From Ignavibacteria bacterium (GTDB lineage Bacteria; Bacteroidota; Ignavibacteria; Kapaibacteriales; UBA4661), in assembly GCA_947459425.1 (NCBI GenBank), contig CANHDJ010000004.1, positions 26,220-90,219 on the forward strand: DNA of 64,000 nucleotides, in the 5' to 3' direction. Below are positions 1-10,152 of this stretch, piece by piece. Positions within the stretch are counted from its first letter, which is position 1, and each line of letters begins with the position of its first letter. The translations under genes were made by a program, and so were the position numbers. Under the pieces are notes generated by a model, which saw only the letters and a program-made list of their open reading frames with translations, was not told the origin of the DNA and made no database searches.

Positions 1-802
1 TCGCCGGAATTTCAAAGTCCTCGCCTGTGGAATCTTTCAAGCCCTTGGTAACATGGTAAATAATGTCAATACCGCTCAAATCCGCCGTACGGAAGGTAGC
101 GCTGGAAGCACGTCCTAAAATAGGACCCGTCAGAACATCCACGACATCTTGCGTCAAGCCGATTTCAAGCATGATATTCATTGCCTTGACCATCGAAAAT
201 ACGCCCACGCGATTCGCAACAAAGCCCGGCACATCATTGGCGGTTACAATACCTTTGCCAAGAATGTGATCGCCGAAATATTTGAGCGCTTCAATGACTT
301 CGGGTGCGGTCTCTTTGGTCGGGATGAGTTCCAAAAGGTGCAGATAGCGAGGCGGCGTGAAAAAGTGCGCACCGATAAAACGCTTACGGAAGGATTCCGA
401 ACGACCTTCTACTTGTAAGTGCATCGGTATTCCGCTCGAATTACTGCTAATAATTGCTGTTGGAGAGACGTGTTTCTCGACCTTTTCCCATAACTGCCGT
501 TTAATGGTTAAGTCCTCTAATACTGCTTCGACGATCCAATCTGCTTCGGCAAGTTTGGCGATGTCGTCTTCGGTGTTGCCGACGGTAATGAGCCGAACAC
601 GGTCTTTACTCATAAAGGACGCGGGTTTTGCTTTCGTGGCGCGGTCGAGTCCCGCTTTACCAATAGCATTGCGGTCGGTGCCTTCTTTTGCGGGAATATC
701 AAGCATCAGTACCGGAATACCAGCATTTGCGATATGTGCTGCGATGGCAGCGCCCATTGTACCGGAACCGATAACGGCAGCGCGGCGAATTTTGTGGGAC
801 AT
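1..802 (-). CDS. 3-hydroxyacyl-CoA dehydrogenase family protein (FadN/FadB-type), N-terminal part; the 3' end lies beyond the window edge
   Basis: Absent from the ORF track because it runs off the edge. The reverse-strand ATG at 800-802 gives [36 protein letters not shown] (Rossmann GxGxxG), then ...[18 protein letters not shown]... and ...[10 protein letters not shown].... I checked the first ~370 nt (positions 2-370) codon by codon and found no stop; the remainder to 802 I translated by eye and also saw no stop. Confidence 0.8.
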   Translation of the reverse strand, partial: MSHKIRRAAVIGSGTMGAAIAAHIANAGIPVLMLDIPAKEGTDRNAIGKAGLDRATKAKPASFMSKDRVRLITVGNTEDDIAKLAEADWIVEAVLEDLTIKRQLWEKVEKHVSPTAIISSNSSGIPMHLQVEGRSESFRKRFIGAHFFTPPRYLHLLELIPTKETAPEVIEALKYFGDHILGKGIVTANDVPGFVANRVGVFSMVKAMNIMLEIGLTQDVVDVLTGPILGRASSATFRTADLSGIDIIYHVTKGLKDSTGEDFEIPA

Positions 803-947
803 TGAAAACCTCGTTGTCTGAATGAAGTGAAGAGAAAACGTGAGAATTACGTCAATATTGGGGTGTCAACTGTTTGCATATCAACTATTCAATTATCAAA
901 AAAGCAATAGAAGAAACAGTTACTATAATGAACTTGACGGCGCAGCA

Positions 948-978
948 CAAGCGTTTCACAGAAACAATGAAACGCTTG
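948..978. other. Perfect 11-bp inverted repeat hairpin (caagcgtttca / tgaaacgcttg, 9-nt loop) about 40 nt downstream of the response-regulator stop
   Basis: Read directly from the sequence. There is no U-run on either strand, so it is not a canonical intrinsic terminator. Confidence 0.4.
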
Positions 979-1018
979 CGAAGGCAGAATTTGTTGATAG
1001 TACACGCGAGACTATTGC

Positions 1019-1390
1019 TTATGCGCTTTGTCCAAGCTGCTCTTGAACAATTTTGAGCAAATCGGCGGGCCAAATTGGCTTGGTCAAATACGCATTTGCG
1101 CCGAGCGCCTTTCCTTTGGCAACGTCTTCTTCGGATGCTTTTGCCGTTAAGAAAATTACAGGGATTTTTGCTGTTGCTGTATTTTTGCGCAATTCTTGAA
1201 TGAAGCCATAACCATCCAAAACGGGCATAGCAATATCGCAAATAATCACATCTGGCATACTTTGCGTTGCCATTTGCAAACCGATAGAACCGTTTTCAGC
1301 GTAGAACGCCTCAAACCCGGAAATACGCAACATCATACCAACGCTGCGGCGGATAGATTCATCGTCTTCAATAACGAGGATTTTTTTCAT
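1019..1390 (-). CDS. Single-domain response regulator (CheY-like receiver)
   Basis: Internal start MKKILVIEDDESIRR within ORF 1019..1471. Receiver signature present: DD near the N-terminus, ICDIAMPVLDG phospho-acceptor region, FLTAK, and K in AYLTKP. No output domain. Confidence 0.85.
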   Translation of the reverse strand: MKKILVIEDDESIRRSVGMMLRISGFEAFYAENGSIGLQMATQSMPDVIICDIAMPVLDGYGFIQELRKNTATAKIPVIFLTAKASEEDVAKGKALGANAYLTKPIWPADLLKIVQEQLGQSA

Positions 1391-1521
1391 AGTGCTTTTG
1401 TGAATGAAACGTAAGAAGGAAACACGTAAAATTAACAGTCCTTGAGTACCTGTCCAAACGAAACTGTACAATTGAACAGGAAAATGGATGTTGTGAAATA
1501 ATTGTTGACGAATTGAACGAT

Positions 1522-3414
1522 TTATGATGCGGAATCCAGTATCATTGCTTGCTCCATGTCCATCGGAAGTTTTAGTGGTAAAATTACCGTAAAACTCGTG
1601 CCTTTGCCAATATCGCTTTCGACAGTAATGGAACCATTCAGAAAAACAACCATTTTCTGGACGATTGCCAGTCCCATGCCCGTTCCACCGATATTACCAA
1701 CATTGGTGCCGCGATGAAACGGCTCAAAAATACGCGGTAAATCATCGCGTGGAATACCGATACCACTATCTTGAACATTGATAATAACTCTGTCATCTTC
1801 CAAATTCACATTGAAATAGACCGGAGCGCCATCGGGCGAAAATTTATCGGCATTGGAAAGCAGATGGTCGAGAATCTGACGCATCATTCCTTCGTCCACA
1901 ACATATTCCTGCTCACGCACGGGCGGCGCATAGAGAAGTGTATGCTTTTTGCCATACCGTTCCTGCACCTGCGCTGCAAAATCCGCACACCATGAGCGAA
2001 TTTTCAAGGGGGATTTTTTCGGACGAATTTCGCCGGATTCTGCTCTACCGAACATCAACAAATCTTCCAAAAGTCCCGTCATATGGTGAACACCATTGCT
2101 AATCCGTGCGAGACTTTCCAAGCGCTCTTCTTCGCTAATGACGTGTCCGAAATCCCGCATAATCCCGACTGAAAGCAGAATGGAGGTCAGCGGCGTACGG
2201 AATTCGTGCGAGGCGATCGTCACAAAGCGTGTTTTGAGTTCGATAAGTTCTTTTTCTTTGATAAGTGCTTTGTTCATTTCCGCTTCTGCACGGCGACGTT
2301 CATCAATATCCAACAGCACACCTTGATAGCCGACGACCTTACCGTCGTCATCAAAAACCGCCATCAAACTGTCTTCAACCCAGCACGTGCGACCTTTCGG
2401 GGTAATGAGTCGGTACTCACGGCGCAAATGTTCAGCTTTTGTTTTGGATAAATGCCGAAAACTATCCATAACCTTTGAACGGTCAAGTTGATGGACGTGG
2501 TGCAGAAACGAGATTGCCCCGCTCGTAAAATCTTGTGCCGTGAAGCCAAACTGATTGATGTTATCGCTCACAAATTCCAACGGAAAATTAGGCTTGAGCG
2601 AAAATTGATAGATAACCGCAGGGCTTTTGTCAATGATAACTTTTGCACGCTTGAGCATATCTTCGGCTTGCTTGCGCCGCGTAATATCCAGAACGAAAAC
2701 GATGAGTTTTCTACGGTCTTCTTCTTTACCAGCATTTTCATTCGTACTATGCACCGAATCGGTTAGCACCGTAATAGGCAGTCCCAACTTTGTTCGGAGC
2801 GTCCTTTCGCCGCGCATTTCGGCTTTGCCTTCAAAAATGCGCTGATAAAGGGTTTCCAGTGCTGGAATTTCATCGTCGTCGAATAGTGTGGAGAATGGCT
2901 TTCCCTGCAATTCGCGGGCTTCATAGCCAAAGAGAGCGCAATACGCCGGATTCACATACTCAAACGTACTGTCGTGATTGGTAATGCAGATGCCAACGGG
3001 GGATTTCTCAATAACATTCCGAAAACGCTCCTCGCTCAACCGCAAATTTGCTTCAATCTCGCGCCGTTCCTCCATTTCCTGCTCTAATTGCTTGATAAAA
3101 TCGTGCATCACATCCGTACGCTTGCGCAACTGCGCCTCGACCGAATCGCGCTGACCAATTTCATTTTGCAATTGCATCACCAGTTCTTGCAAAAGCTCCG
3201 TGCGCTGCTGCAAAAGATACTCAAATTCTTGAGTAGAGCGCTGCAAACGGGACTCTACGTCTATACGGCGATTGATTTCATCGGTCAGACGCTGTTCTAA
3301 AAGGGCAATCTGCTCCTCAGCGCTTGGCTTGGAGGCACCGCGCACCGAAGCAGCCTTAGAGGAAGGGCTGTCCGAAGGAGGTTGGGTGAGGGATTGCGAT
3401 ACTTTTTTCGCCAT
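1522..3414 (-). CDS. Sensor histidine kinase with an N-terminal coiled coil and PAS-like domains (apparently soluble)
   Basis: 630-aa ORF. H-box ASHEFRTPLTSI; ATPase boxes LLSNADKFSP, DSGIGIP, GGTGMGLAIV. PAS-like segments (SPVGICITNHD..., SPAVIYQFS...). Heptad-rich, charged N-terminus. Confidence 0.85.
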   Translation of the reverse strand: MAKKVSQSLTQPPSDSPSSKAASVRGASKPSAEEQIALLEQRLTDEINRRIDVESRLQRSTQEFEYLLQQRTELLQELVMQLQNEIGQRDSVEAQLRKRTDVMHDFIKQLEQEMEERREIEANLRLSEERFRNVIEKSPVGICITNHDSTFEYVNPAYCALFGYEARELQGKPFSTLFDDDEIPALETLYQRIFEGKAEMRGERTLRTKLGLPITVLTDSVHSTNENAGKEEDRRKLIVFVLDITRRKQAEDMLKRAKVIIDKSPAVIYQFSLKPNFPLEFVSDNINQFGFTAQDFTSGAISFLHHVHQLDRSKVMDSFRHLSKTKAEHLRREYRLITPKGRTCWVEDSLMAVFDDDGKVVGYQGVLLDIDERRRAEAEMNKALIKEKELIELKTRFVTIASHEFRTPLTSILLSVGIMRDFGHVISEEERLESLARISNGVHHMTGLLEDLLMFGRAESGEIRPKKSPLKIRSWCADFAAQVQERYGKKHTLLYAPPVREQEYVVDEGMMRQILDHLLSNADKFSPDGAPVYFNVNLEDDRVIINVQDSGIGIPRDDLPRIFEPFHRGTNVGNIGGTGMGLAIVQKMVVFLNGSITVESDIGKGTSFTVILPLKLPMDMEQAMILDSAS

Positions 3415-3662
3415 AGCCTAATAATGGTTGAAGCGTTGAATGTGCATGAACATCGTCAACGTTTGGTCATAGCCGAAATCGTGATAGAATTTAGCAAACC
3501 TGAATCTAGCATTTAATTTGCGATTAAACAACGATGTTTTTGGTATTATGAAGCAATCAAAAGAAAAAGATACCAAATTCTTTTGAGTGACTCCGAAAAT
3601 TCACACGCTTCGATACGAATGTTTTGTAAGATATTTCCGCTCATGCCTTCTGCCATCGCTCT

Positions 3663-4382
3663 TTATGCCATTTTACCTTCATGTAAACGCACGATTCTAT
3701 CAGCGCCTGAGGCAATCTCGCTGCTATGGGTTACAATCACAAACGTCTGCCCCGTTTCCTGACGAAATTGTCGTATCAAATCCAGAATCATTGCGCTATT
3801 GGCTGCATCCAGATTACCCGTCGGCTCATCGGCAAGCACAAGAACGGGGTCGTTCATCATCGCACGGGCAAAGGCGACGCGCTGCTGTTCGCCACCAGAA
3901 AGTGCATCGGGTTTGTTCTTCAATCGGTGCGACAGCCCAACACGGTCAATAAGCGCTGTTGCCTTGTCGCGGGCGCTGGAATGTGATACTCCGGCAATCA
4001 GAGCAGGCATCATCACATTTTCCAATGCGGTAAATTCCGGCAAAAGATGGTGAAATTGAAAAATAAAGCCCAACATCGTATTCCGCAGTCCCGCCAAGCC
4101 CATATCGCTCAACTGACGGTAATCGTGCCGAATAAATGTTTCCGGCTCTTCTGGCTGCATGGAAAGATGATAGGTCAGCGTGATTGAACCTTCGTCCGGC
4201 TCGTCCAGCGCTCCCAAAAGATGCAAAAGTGTACTTTTTCCAGCCCCCGACGAACCGACGATAGCAAGAATTTCCCCCTGCTGAATGGCAAGCGAAATAC
4301 CTCGCAAAACGGTGGTCTTTTCACTATTTCCACTAGACGAATAAGATTTGACAAGATTTTCTGCGTGAAGAAGAATCGGCAT
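3663..4382 (-). CDS. ABC transporter ATP-binding protein, LolD/MacB/FtsE-like
   Basis: Internal start [14 protein letters not shown] (M88 of ORF 3663..4643). Walker [10 protein letters not shown], signature [14 protein letters not shown], Walker [13 protein letters not shown]. No permease gene is adjacent. Confidence 0.8.
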   Translation of the reverse strand: MPILLHAENLVKSYSSSGNSEKTTVLRGISLAIQQGEILAIVGSSGAGKSTLLHLLGALDEPDEGSITLTYHLSMQPEEPETFIRHDYRQLSDMGLAGLRNTMLGFIFQFHHLLPEFTALENVMMPALIAGVSHSSARDKATALIDRVGLSHRLKNKPDALSGGEQQRVAFARAMMNDPVLVLADEPTGNLDAANSAMILDLIRQFRQETGQTFVIVTHSSEIASGADRIVRLHEGKMA

Positions 4383-4486
4383 ATTCTTTGCTCGTTGTAA
4401 CCAAAAGAAAAAATGAGGATTATTGATGATAGAACCGACGCAAGCAAATATCGGACTTTCTTTCACAAGCCACAAATGATAAACGT

Positions 4487-5149
4487 ATGATTCGTCAAAC
4501 TCTTCTTGGTGCCGCTTTACTCCTTGTTTGCGCGGTATTCCCTTCGATACTTCCCGCACAAAGTCTGCGTTTGGGCGGCGGTATTTCCGCTCCTTACGAA
4601 CAAATTGTCGCCGTGCGCTTTGCCTTGCCACAAGGCGGCACATTTATTTATCCCGTTTCGCAAGCGCAAAATCTTGGGTATCATATCGCCGCACGGTATC
4701 TGCTCTCCTTCGAGAAAGGGCGTGGAGTCACGCTCTCCGCCGCAATTCATCACGCCGAAACACCTATTTTTTCTGTTTATGATCCTTCTTTACCAACCTC
4801 GGCAACATCGCTGAAAGTCTCGCAATCCTTTGTGCCACTGGGCTTAGGCTTCGAGTACCGCTTTTTATCATTACTCATTCTCCATGCCTACGTTGCCGGA
4901 GAAGCAAGTTACAATCTCATTCTTGGGCGCAACGACTACCTTCAGCCAAACGGAAACATCAGCAGTACCGAATCCACACTCGGCAGAATCGGTGCAAGCG
5001 CAGCGCTTGGCGTAGAGGCAACGATTTTCGGAGTTGGTGCAGATATTTCCTTGCGCTACCACTGGGCAAATCTCCTACTGCGCGACCCAAATGAACTTAG
5101 TCGCAGTTTCTTGGCGCTCAATATTTCACTTGTGTTGGGTGAAAAATAA
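4487..5149 (+). CDS. Hypothetical outer-membrane beta-barrel-like protein with a signal peptide
   Basis: 220-aa ORF. N-terminus MIRQTLLGAALLLVCAVFPSILPAQS is signal-peptide-like. The rest has alternating hydrophobic/polar strands rich in G/S/Y/A. No family-specific motif recognised. Confidence 0.5.
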   Translation: MIRQTLLGAALLLVCAVFPSILPAQSLRLGGGISAPYEQIVAVRFALPQGGTFIYPVSQAQNLGYHIAARYLLSFEKGRGVTLSAAIHHAETPIFSVYDPSLPTSATSLKVSQSFVPLGLGFEYRFLSLLILHAYVAGEASYNLILGRNDYLQPNGNISSTESTLGRIGASAALGVEATIFGVGADISLRYHWANLLLRDPNELSRSFLALNISLVLGEK

Positions 5150-5368
5150 TGATAAAAGTGCCTGGTTCGTGCCGTATTCCGCGATTTTCCATTGGTTTTC
5201 AACCAGCTTTTCTCTAATTTTCCCGTCCAATTCCACAACAATATTTTTTCCCGGGCATCATGTGTGAAACACTCGCCGATGCCTAGGAGAGGCGCATCTG
5301 CCGTGATTTCCCCACAAATATTCTCTACATTTGTCATCGCATTTTATCACTTTGCTAGAGGTACTATC

Positions 5369-6124
5369 ATGGCAGCCGCTATTGCTTATTCGCTCCAGGA
5401 TACTCAACCCGATATTTTCTATCCTGATTCCGATGGCAAACCCACGGCAAATAATACTGAACACGCAGAGTGCATCGCTACGACCAAATACGGCATAGAA
5501 TCAGTCTTTGCCGACCGTGACGATGTGTTTGTGGCGATGGATTTATTTTGGTATCCCGTCAAAGGAAAGCCCCGGATTGTTCTTGCACCCGACGTGATGG
5601 TAGCGCTTGGTCGCCCGCCGGGAAAGCGAAAATCCTATCGGCAGTGGGAAGAAGGCGGTATCGCGCCGCAGGTTGTCTTTGAATTCCTTTCGGACTCCAA
5701 TACCACATCGGAAATGGCAGCGAAAGCCGTATTTTTTGAACGCTACGGTGTGCAAGAATATTACATCTATGACCTTGAGCGCAAGGAATTAAGCGGCTTG
5801 ATACGCTTCAAGGAAGAGGACGACCTTTTGGAAGAAATCCCCGATATGAATGATTGGACAAGTCCACGCTTGGGTATTCGTTTTGATATGTCGTCGGGAA
5901 ATCTTCAACTCTACAAACCCGATGGGCAGCCATTTCTGAGCTTTCTTGAAGTAGAGGCACTTCGCCAACAAGCCGAAGCAAAACTCGAACAAGCACGTGA
6001 AGAACTCGGAGAAACACGTGAACAACTCTTGATAACTGCACAGATGCTTGACCAGAGCCAAAGCCGGACGAATGCTCTTGCGGCAAAACTCCGCGAACTT
6101 GGCATCAATCCTGATGTACTGTAA
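5369..6124 (+). CDS. Uma2-family (DUF820) putative endonuclease with a C-terminal coiled-coil tail
   Basis: Internal ATG at 5369 (MAAAIAYSLQD...). Shows YPDSDGKP..NTEH, PDVMVALG and EFLSDSN..E...K...YE..GVQEYYIYD, typical of Uma2/PD-(D/E)xK-like proteins. Tail is EALRQQAEAKLEQAREELGETREQL...LRELGINPDVL. Confidence 0.7.
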   Translation: MAAAIAYSLQDTQPDIFYPDSDGKPTANNTEHAECIATTKYGIESVFADRDDVFVAMDLFWYPVKGKPRIVLAPDVMVALGRPPGKRKSYRQWEEGGIAPQVVFEFLSDSNTTSEMAAKAVFFERYGVQEYYIYDLERKELSGLIRFKEEDDLLEEIPDMNDWTSPRLGIRFDMSSGNLQLYKPDGQPFLSFLEVEALRQQAEAKLEQAREELGETREQLLITAQMLDQSQSRTNALAAKLRELGINPDVL

Positions 6125-6175
6125 GTTTACCATTCTTCAAAGCACGATGTTAGAAAAAAGTTCATCACTGCAATT

Positions 6176-6874
6176 ATGCCTGAAACCCTCCTCATTATTG
6201 GCGATGTTCACGGTTGCTTTTATACATTTCGCTCTCTGCTAAAGCAGTACTGGCAGCCCGAAACTATGCGGCTTATCCAGCTTGGGGATTTGACCGACAG
6301 GGGAAAATTTGTTCCTGAAACGATAGCATTTGCGCGGGAATTGGAAGAAAAACATCCTAACGAGGTTACCTTCTTGAAAGGCAACCACGAGGCGATGGTG
6401 TTGGAGTACTGGAATGCTATGCGGGAAACCATTCCACCCATTGCAAAACTGTACAGCCGAAAAAACTCCACGATGTCCCAGTACTACGCTGTTCCTGAAT
6501 TTCTTGAACGCTTGGCGGAGGATATGAAGTGGCTCAAGAAACGCCCACTTTTCTGGGAAAACGACCACGTGTTTGTGAGTCATGCCGGAATTGCAGAGCG
6601 CTGGAATACCATCAAAGAAGCGCTTGTTCCAGATCATGAAGATAATATTCTGTGGACGCGCTCCAGACTCAAAAATATCGGTAAATTGCAGGTTATCGGG
6701 CATACGCCCCTTGAAACAGGAGAACCCGAGTTCCGCGAAGCAGAAAACTGTTGGAATATTGATACTGCAGCGGTGTTCGGAGTAAACCTCACCGCTTTGC
6801 ATCTTGCGCTTGATGGGACGGTTCTGGAAACGTTCACGGTTCCATCTCGGCACGTTGATTATCATTTCAGCTAA
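6176..6874 (+). CDS. Metallophosphoesterase (PPP-family Ser/Thr phosphatase / ApaH-PrpE-like)
   Basis: GDVHGC, GDLTDRG and GNHE motifs appear in the canonical order, followed by VSHAG and GHTP. Confidence 0.75.
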   Translation: MPETLLIIGDVHGCFYTFRSLLKQYWQPETMRLIQLGDLTDRGKFVPETIAFARELEEKHPNEVTFLKGNHEAMVLEYWNAMRETIPPIAKLYSRKNSTMSQYYAVPEFLERLAEDMKWLKKRPLFWENDHVFVSHAGIAERWNTIKEALVPDHEDNILWTRSRLKNIGKLQVIGHTPLETGEPEFREAENCWNIDTAAVFGVNLTALHLALDGTVLETFTVPSRHVDYHFS

Positions 6875-6911
6875 AATATCATCTCTTTTTCATCTATCCC
6901 CACTCTGAATT

Positions 6912-8966
6912 ATGCGATCACCACAGACGGTATTCACTGCGCTGGCAGCGGTTTTTTGTCAATTTCTTTCCCTGCAAATCATTACCTCTCCGACAGTTTC
7001 TGCTCAAACACCTGTTTCCAAGCGCCCTTTACAGCCCTACGACATCTACCGCTTGCAGACCGTCAGCGACCCGCAAATCTCTCCCGACGGGAAATGGATT
7101 GCCTACACGCTTTCTACGATAGATTCGGCTCAAGACAAGCGTAGTAGCGATGTTTGGATAATTAGCCGGGATGGGCAAGAAACCTTGCAAATGACGCATA
7201 CCAAAGACGAAAGCGAGCGTTCGCCGCGTTGGAGTCCTGATGGGAAATATCTGAGTTTTGTTGCCTCACGCGGCGGAGCAGACAAAAAGAGTCAAGTATG
7301 GCTTCTGGACAGGCGCGGCGGCGAGGCTTTCAGCCTAACAAATGTGAAAGGAGATTTGGGTGAATATGCTTGGTCGCCGGACGGCAAAAAACTTGTCTTG
7401 GTGCTGAAAGATGTAAACCCGCTGGATTCGGCAAAACCCAAAACCGCGCCGCCGATTGTGACCGAGCGCTATCACTTCAAGCAAGACGTGGAGGGCTATC
7501 TCTGGCAACCGCAAAAAACGCATTTGTATCTGTTCGATGTTCAGTCGAAAAAACTTGATACGCTTACTCGCGGCAACTATGACGACCGCTCTCCGCAATG
7601 GTCTCCCGACGGCTCACAGATTGCTTTTGTGAGCAATCGCACTCCCGACCCTGATTACAACAGCAACACGGACATTTGGATTATTGAAGCAAAAGTTGGT
7701 GCAAAAGAGCGCCAACTTACCACGTGGACAGGCAGCGATGATGCGCCGCGCTGGAGTCCCGACGGCACAAAGATTGCCTATACACGCGCAACTTCGCCGG
7801 ATTACATCATGTACGACCAGCCTGTCTTGTCGGTTGTTTCGGCTAAAGGCGGCGAACCGACGTTGCTTTCACTTGCACTTGACCGACCCGTGTCCCGCCC
7901 CGTCTGGGCTGCTGACGGGCAATCTTTGTTTGCAAGCATCACCGATGACCGCCGCCGCATTATCGGTCAGTTCTCACTTGCTCCTAATAAAGCACCCGTC
8001 AGAATTGCTGACGATAATCACAGCATCAGTGAACTTGTTGCAGTGAATTTGCCCAAAGAACAAGTATTTGTCGCTGTTGTAAGTGATTCTCAACTTCCTA
8101 GTGAGATTTTTACATTTGAACCAAATACCAAGGAGCCAGGAAAATTGCGCCGTCTGACGAAGCATCACGAAAAATTCCTCGCACCGCTCACGCTGGCGAG
8201 TGTGGAAGGGTTTACCTCGAAAAGCAAGGACGGAGCAGAGGTTTCAGGCTTGCTCTATCGCCCTGCGGGTACGGCAAAAGGGCAGAAACTACCACTGATT
8301 CTCTTTATTCACGGTGGTCCCGTTGGGCAGGACGAATGGGGCTTTGATCTCTCGCGGCAAATGCTGGCTGCTGGTGGTTATGCCGTTGCTGCGGTGAATT
8401 ATCGTGGTAGCAACGGGCGCGGCTTGGCTTTTTGTAAAGCGATTTCGGGCGATTGGGGCAATAAAGAAGTGCTTGATTTGCACGGCGCTGTAGAGTATCT
8501 TGTGGCTCAGGGCATTGCTGACAGCGCAAGACTAGGCGTGGGAGGTTGGAGTTACGGCGGCATTTTGACGGATTACCTGATTGCTACCGACACACGCTTC
8601 AAAGCGGCAGCAAGCGGTGCAGGTACGGCTCTGCACCTTGCTACTTACGGCACAGACCAATACATCCGTCAGTACGAAGTGGAACTCGGCGCACCATGGA
8701 AAAACCTCGACAAATGGCTTCAAATCTCGTATCCGTTCTTGAAAGCAGACCGCATCAAAACGCCAACGCTCTTCATGGCGGGCGAAAAAGATTTTAACGT
8801 TCCGGCAGCAGGCAGTGAACAGTTGTATCAGGGGTTGCGCTCACAAAACGTGCCGACGCAGCTTGTTATCTACCCCGGACAGTTTCACGGACTTTCGATG
8901 CCAAGCTACAACAGAGACCGTTTTGAGCGGTATTTGCAGTGGTTTGATAAGTATTTGAAGAAGTAA
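6912..8966 (+). CDS. S9-family serine peptidase (prolyl oligopeptidase / acylaminoacyl-peptidase type) with an N-terminal beta-propeller
   Basis: Signal-peptide-like N-terminus. Repeated SPDGK/WSPDG propeller motifs. Catalytic GGWSYGG, later D in GEKDFNVP and H in GQFHGL. Confidence 0.85.
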   Translation: MRSPQTVFTALAAVFCQFLSLQIITSPTVSAQTPVSKRPLQPYDIYRLQTVSDPQISPDGKWIAYTLSTIDSAQDKRSSDVWIISRDGQETLQMTHTKDESERSPRWSPDGKYLSFVASRGGADKKSQVWLLDRRGGEAFSLTNVKGDLGEYAWSPDGKKLVLVLKDVNPLDSAKPKTAPPIVTERYHFKQDVEGYLWQPQKTHLYLFDVQSKKLDTLTRGNYDDRSPQWSPDGSQIAFVSNRTPDPDYNSNTDIWIIEAKVGAKERQLTTWTGSDDAPRWSPDGTKIAYTRATSPDYIMYDQPVLSVVSAKGGEPTLLSLALDRPVSRPVWAADGQSLFASITDDRRRIIGQFSLAPNKAPVRIADDNHSISELVAVNLPKEQVFVAVVSDSQLPSEIFTFEPNTKEPGKLRRLTKHHEKFLAPLTLASVEGFTSKSKDGAEVSGLLYRPAGTAKGQKLPLILFIHGGPVGQDEWGFDLSRQMLAAGGYAVAAVNYRGSNGRGLAFCKAISGDWGNKEVLDLHGAVEYLVAQGIADSARLGVGGWSYGGILTDYLIATDTRFKAAASGAGTALHLATYGTDQYIRQYEVELGAPWKNLDKWLQISYPFLKADRIKTPTLFMAGEKDFNVPAAGSEQLYQGLRSQNVPTQLVIYPGQFHGLSMPSYNRDRFERYLQWFDKYLKK

Positions 8967-8995
8967 TCTTCTCATTTTTATCAAGGAAAATAGCT

Positions 8996-9200
8996 ATGAC
9001 GACACTTTTCGCCGAAGTTGTTCAGGAAACGGAAAAACTCTCGGACACAGCACAAAATGAGCTTGCGCAACGGATTTTGGATGACGTAATGAGTGAACTT
9101 CGATGGCAGGAAACGCTTTCAAAACCAGAACTCCGTATAAGGTCTATTGGAGGCAATGGCTAAAGCCGCTTTGCAGGAATCCAACGAAGGTAAATCCTAA
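8996..9200 (+). pseudogene. Small ORF of unknown family that appears to be split by a frameshift
   Basis: ATG 8996 to TAA 9161-9163 gives MTTLFAEVVQETEKLSDTAQNELAQRILDDVMSELRWQETLSKPELRIRSIGGNG. A second frame continues ...LLEAMAKAALQESNEGKS to TAA 9198-9200. My impression is that intact relatives carry both parts in one frame. Below the ORF-track length cut-off. Confidence 0.3.
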
Positions 9201-9261
9201 CTTCTCAAACAAAGATCATTTTGAACGGTACTTGAATTCAAGGCTTTTACGCTTGAACGAA

Positions 9262-10029
9262 TCATTGTATCAGGATCCACGGGAAGGGAGAATCTTTGAA
9301 AATTCTCCTTCGGAACTTGTTTGGTTTGTATTTGAAAATAATATCAAAGCCATCAAAAACCTTGTAGGAATTGTGATGATAATATCTGTGCATATTCTCA
9401 TTACCGATGCTGCGGAAGTAGTTCATGGAACGCTTTTTTGCCATTTCAATTTCTGTTTCACGATAAAATGGGCTATCAATAAGGTGAATTTCTCCATCTG
9501 GATGAAGTAACTCTTTGCAACGTCGTAATAATTGAGTAGGATTTTCAAAATAGTGAAAGGCAGAGCAAAGCGTGATCATATCAAACTTCTTCTCTGGTAA
9601 ATCATCCGAGAAAATGTCCGCATACACCCAAGTAATCTTTGAGGCTTCAAATGCTTCGGCAGCTTGATTCAATTCAACGAGATTCACGTCAAGACCCATT
9701 ACAGAATGCCCTTGGGTGTGCATGAGATTGGTAAAAAATCCGTTGCCGCACCCGACATCCAGAATTTGAAGAGGTTTTTTCTTCTCTGATAAATACTTCA
9801 AGAAACGGTTAATATTGTGCCGTCTGGTTTTCCACAACGAATAATCTGTGCTTGTTGGTTCAACATATGGTAGTTTCAAAATCTCTGCAATACTCAATAC
9901 ACGCTTTTCTTTTTCACGAACTTCGTGGTAGTTTTTTTGGAAATCACCAAACGTAGCAAGCGCAGCCTGTGAAACAAGAATTCCGTTCTCTGCATGAAAT
10001 CCCTTGGGGGGCTTATTGAGATTATCCAT
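9262..10029 (-). CDS. Class I SAM-dependent methyltransferase
   Basis: 255-aa ORF. Motif I ILDVGCGNGFF, an acidic residue after beta-2 (MGLDVN), and the motif FDMITLCSAFHYF. Visibly AT-rich relative to core genes. Confidence 0.8.
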   Translation of the reverse strand: MDNLNKPPKGFHAENGILVSQAALATFGDFQKNYHEVREKEKRVLSIAEILKLPYVEPTSTDYSLWKTRRHNINRFLKYLSEKKKPLQILDVGCGNGFFTNLMHTQGHSVMGLDVNLVELNQAAEAFEASKITWVYADIFSDDLPEKKFDMITLCSAFHYFENPTQLLRRCKELLHPDGEIHLIDSPFYRETEIEMAKKRSMNYFRSIGNENMHRYYHHNSYKVFDGFDIIFKYKPNKFRRRIFKDSPFPWILIQ

Positions 10030-10152
10030 TTTCTCGTTGAAAAGTGCTTGTCAAAAGGAAATTGGAATGATGAAAAAATGGGTGAAATGCCTATTTTGGC
10101 GGAAATTCGACCAATAGTCATTCACCAACGAAAGGCTGCACCCATCTGGTAG

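Noticed and set aside
63-821. Plus-strand ORFs 63..269, 149..418 and 357..821
   Set aside because: They lie antisense to the minus-strand 3-hydroxyacyl-CoA dehydrogenase gene, which has clear family motifs. Their translations are low-complexity with no motifs.
5056-5337. Minus-strand 93-aa ORF in the spacer between the OMP-like gene and Uma2
   Set aside because: It overlaps the 3' end of the OMP-like gene and has no recognisable motif or signal. It may still be a small gene, but I cannot support one.
9103-9510. Plus-strand ORF of 135 aa
   Set aside because: It is largely antisense to the SAM methyltransferase, which has motif I on the minus strand.
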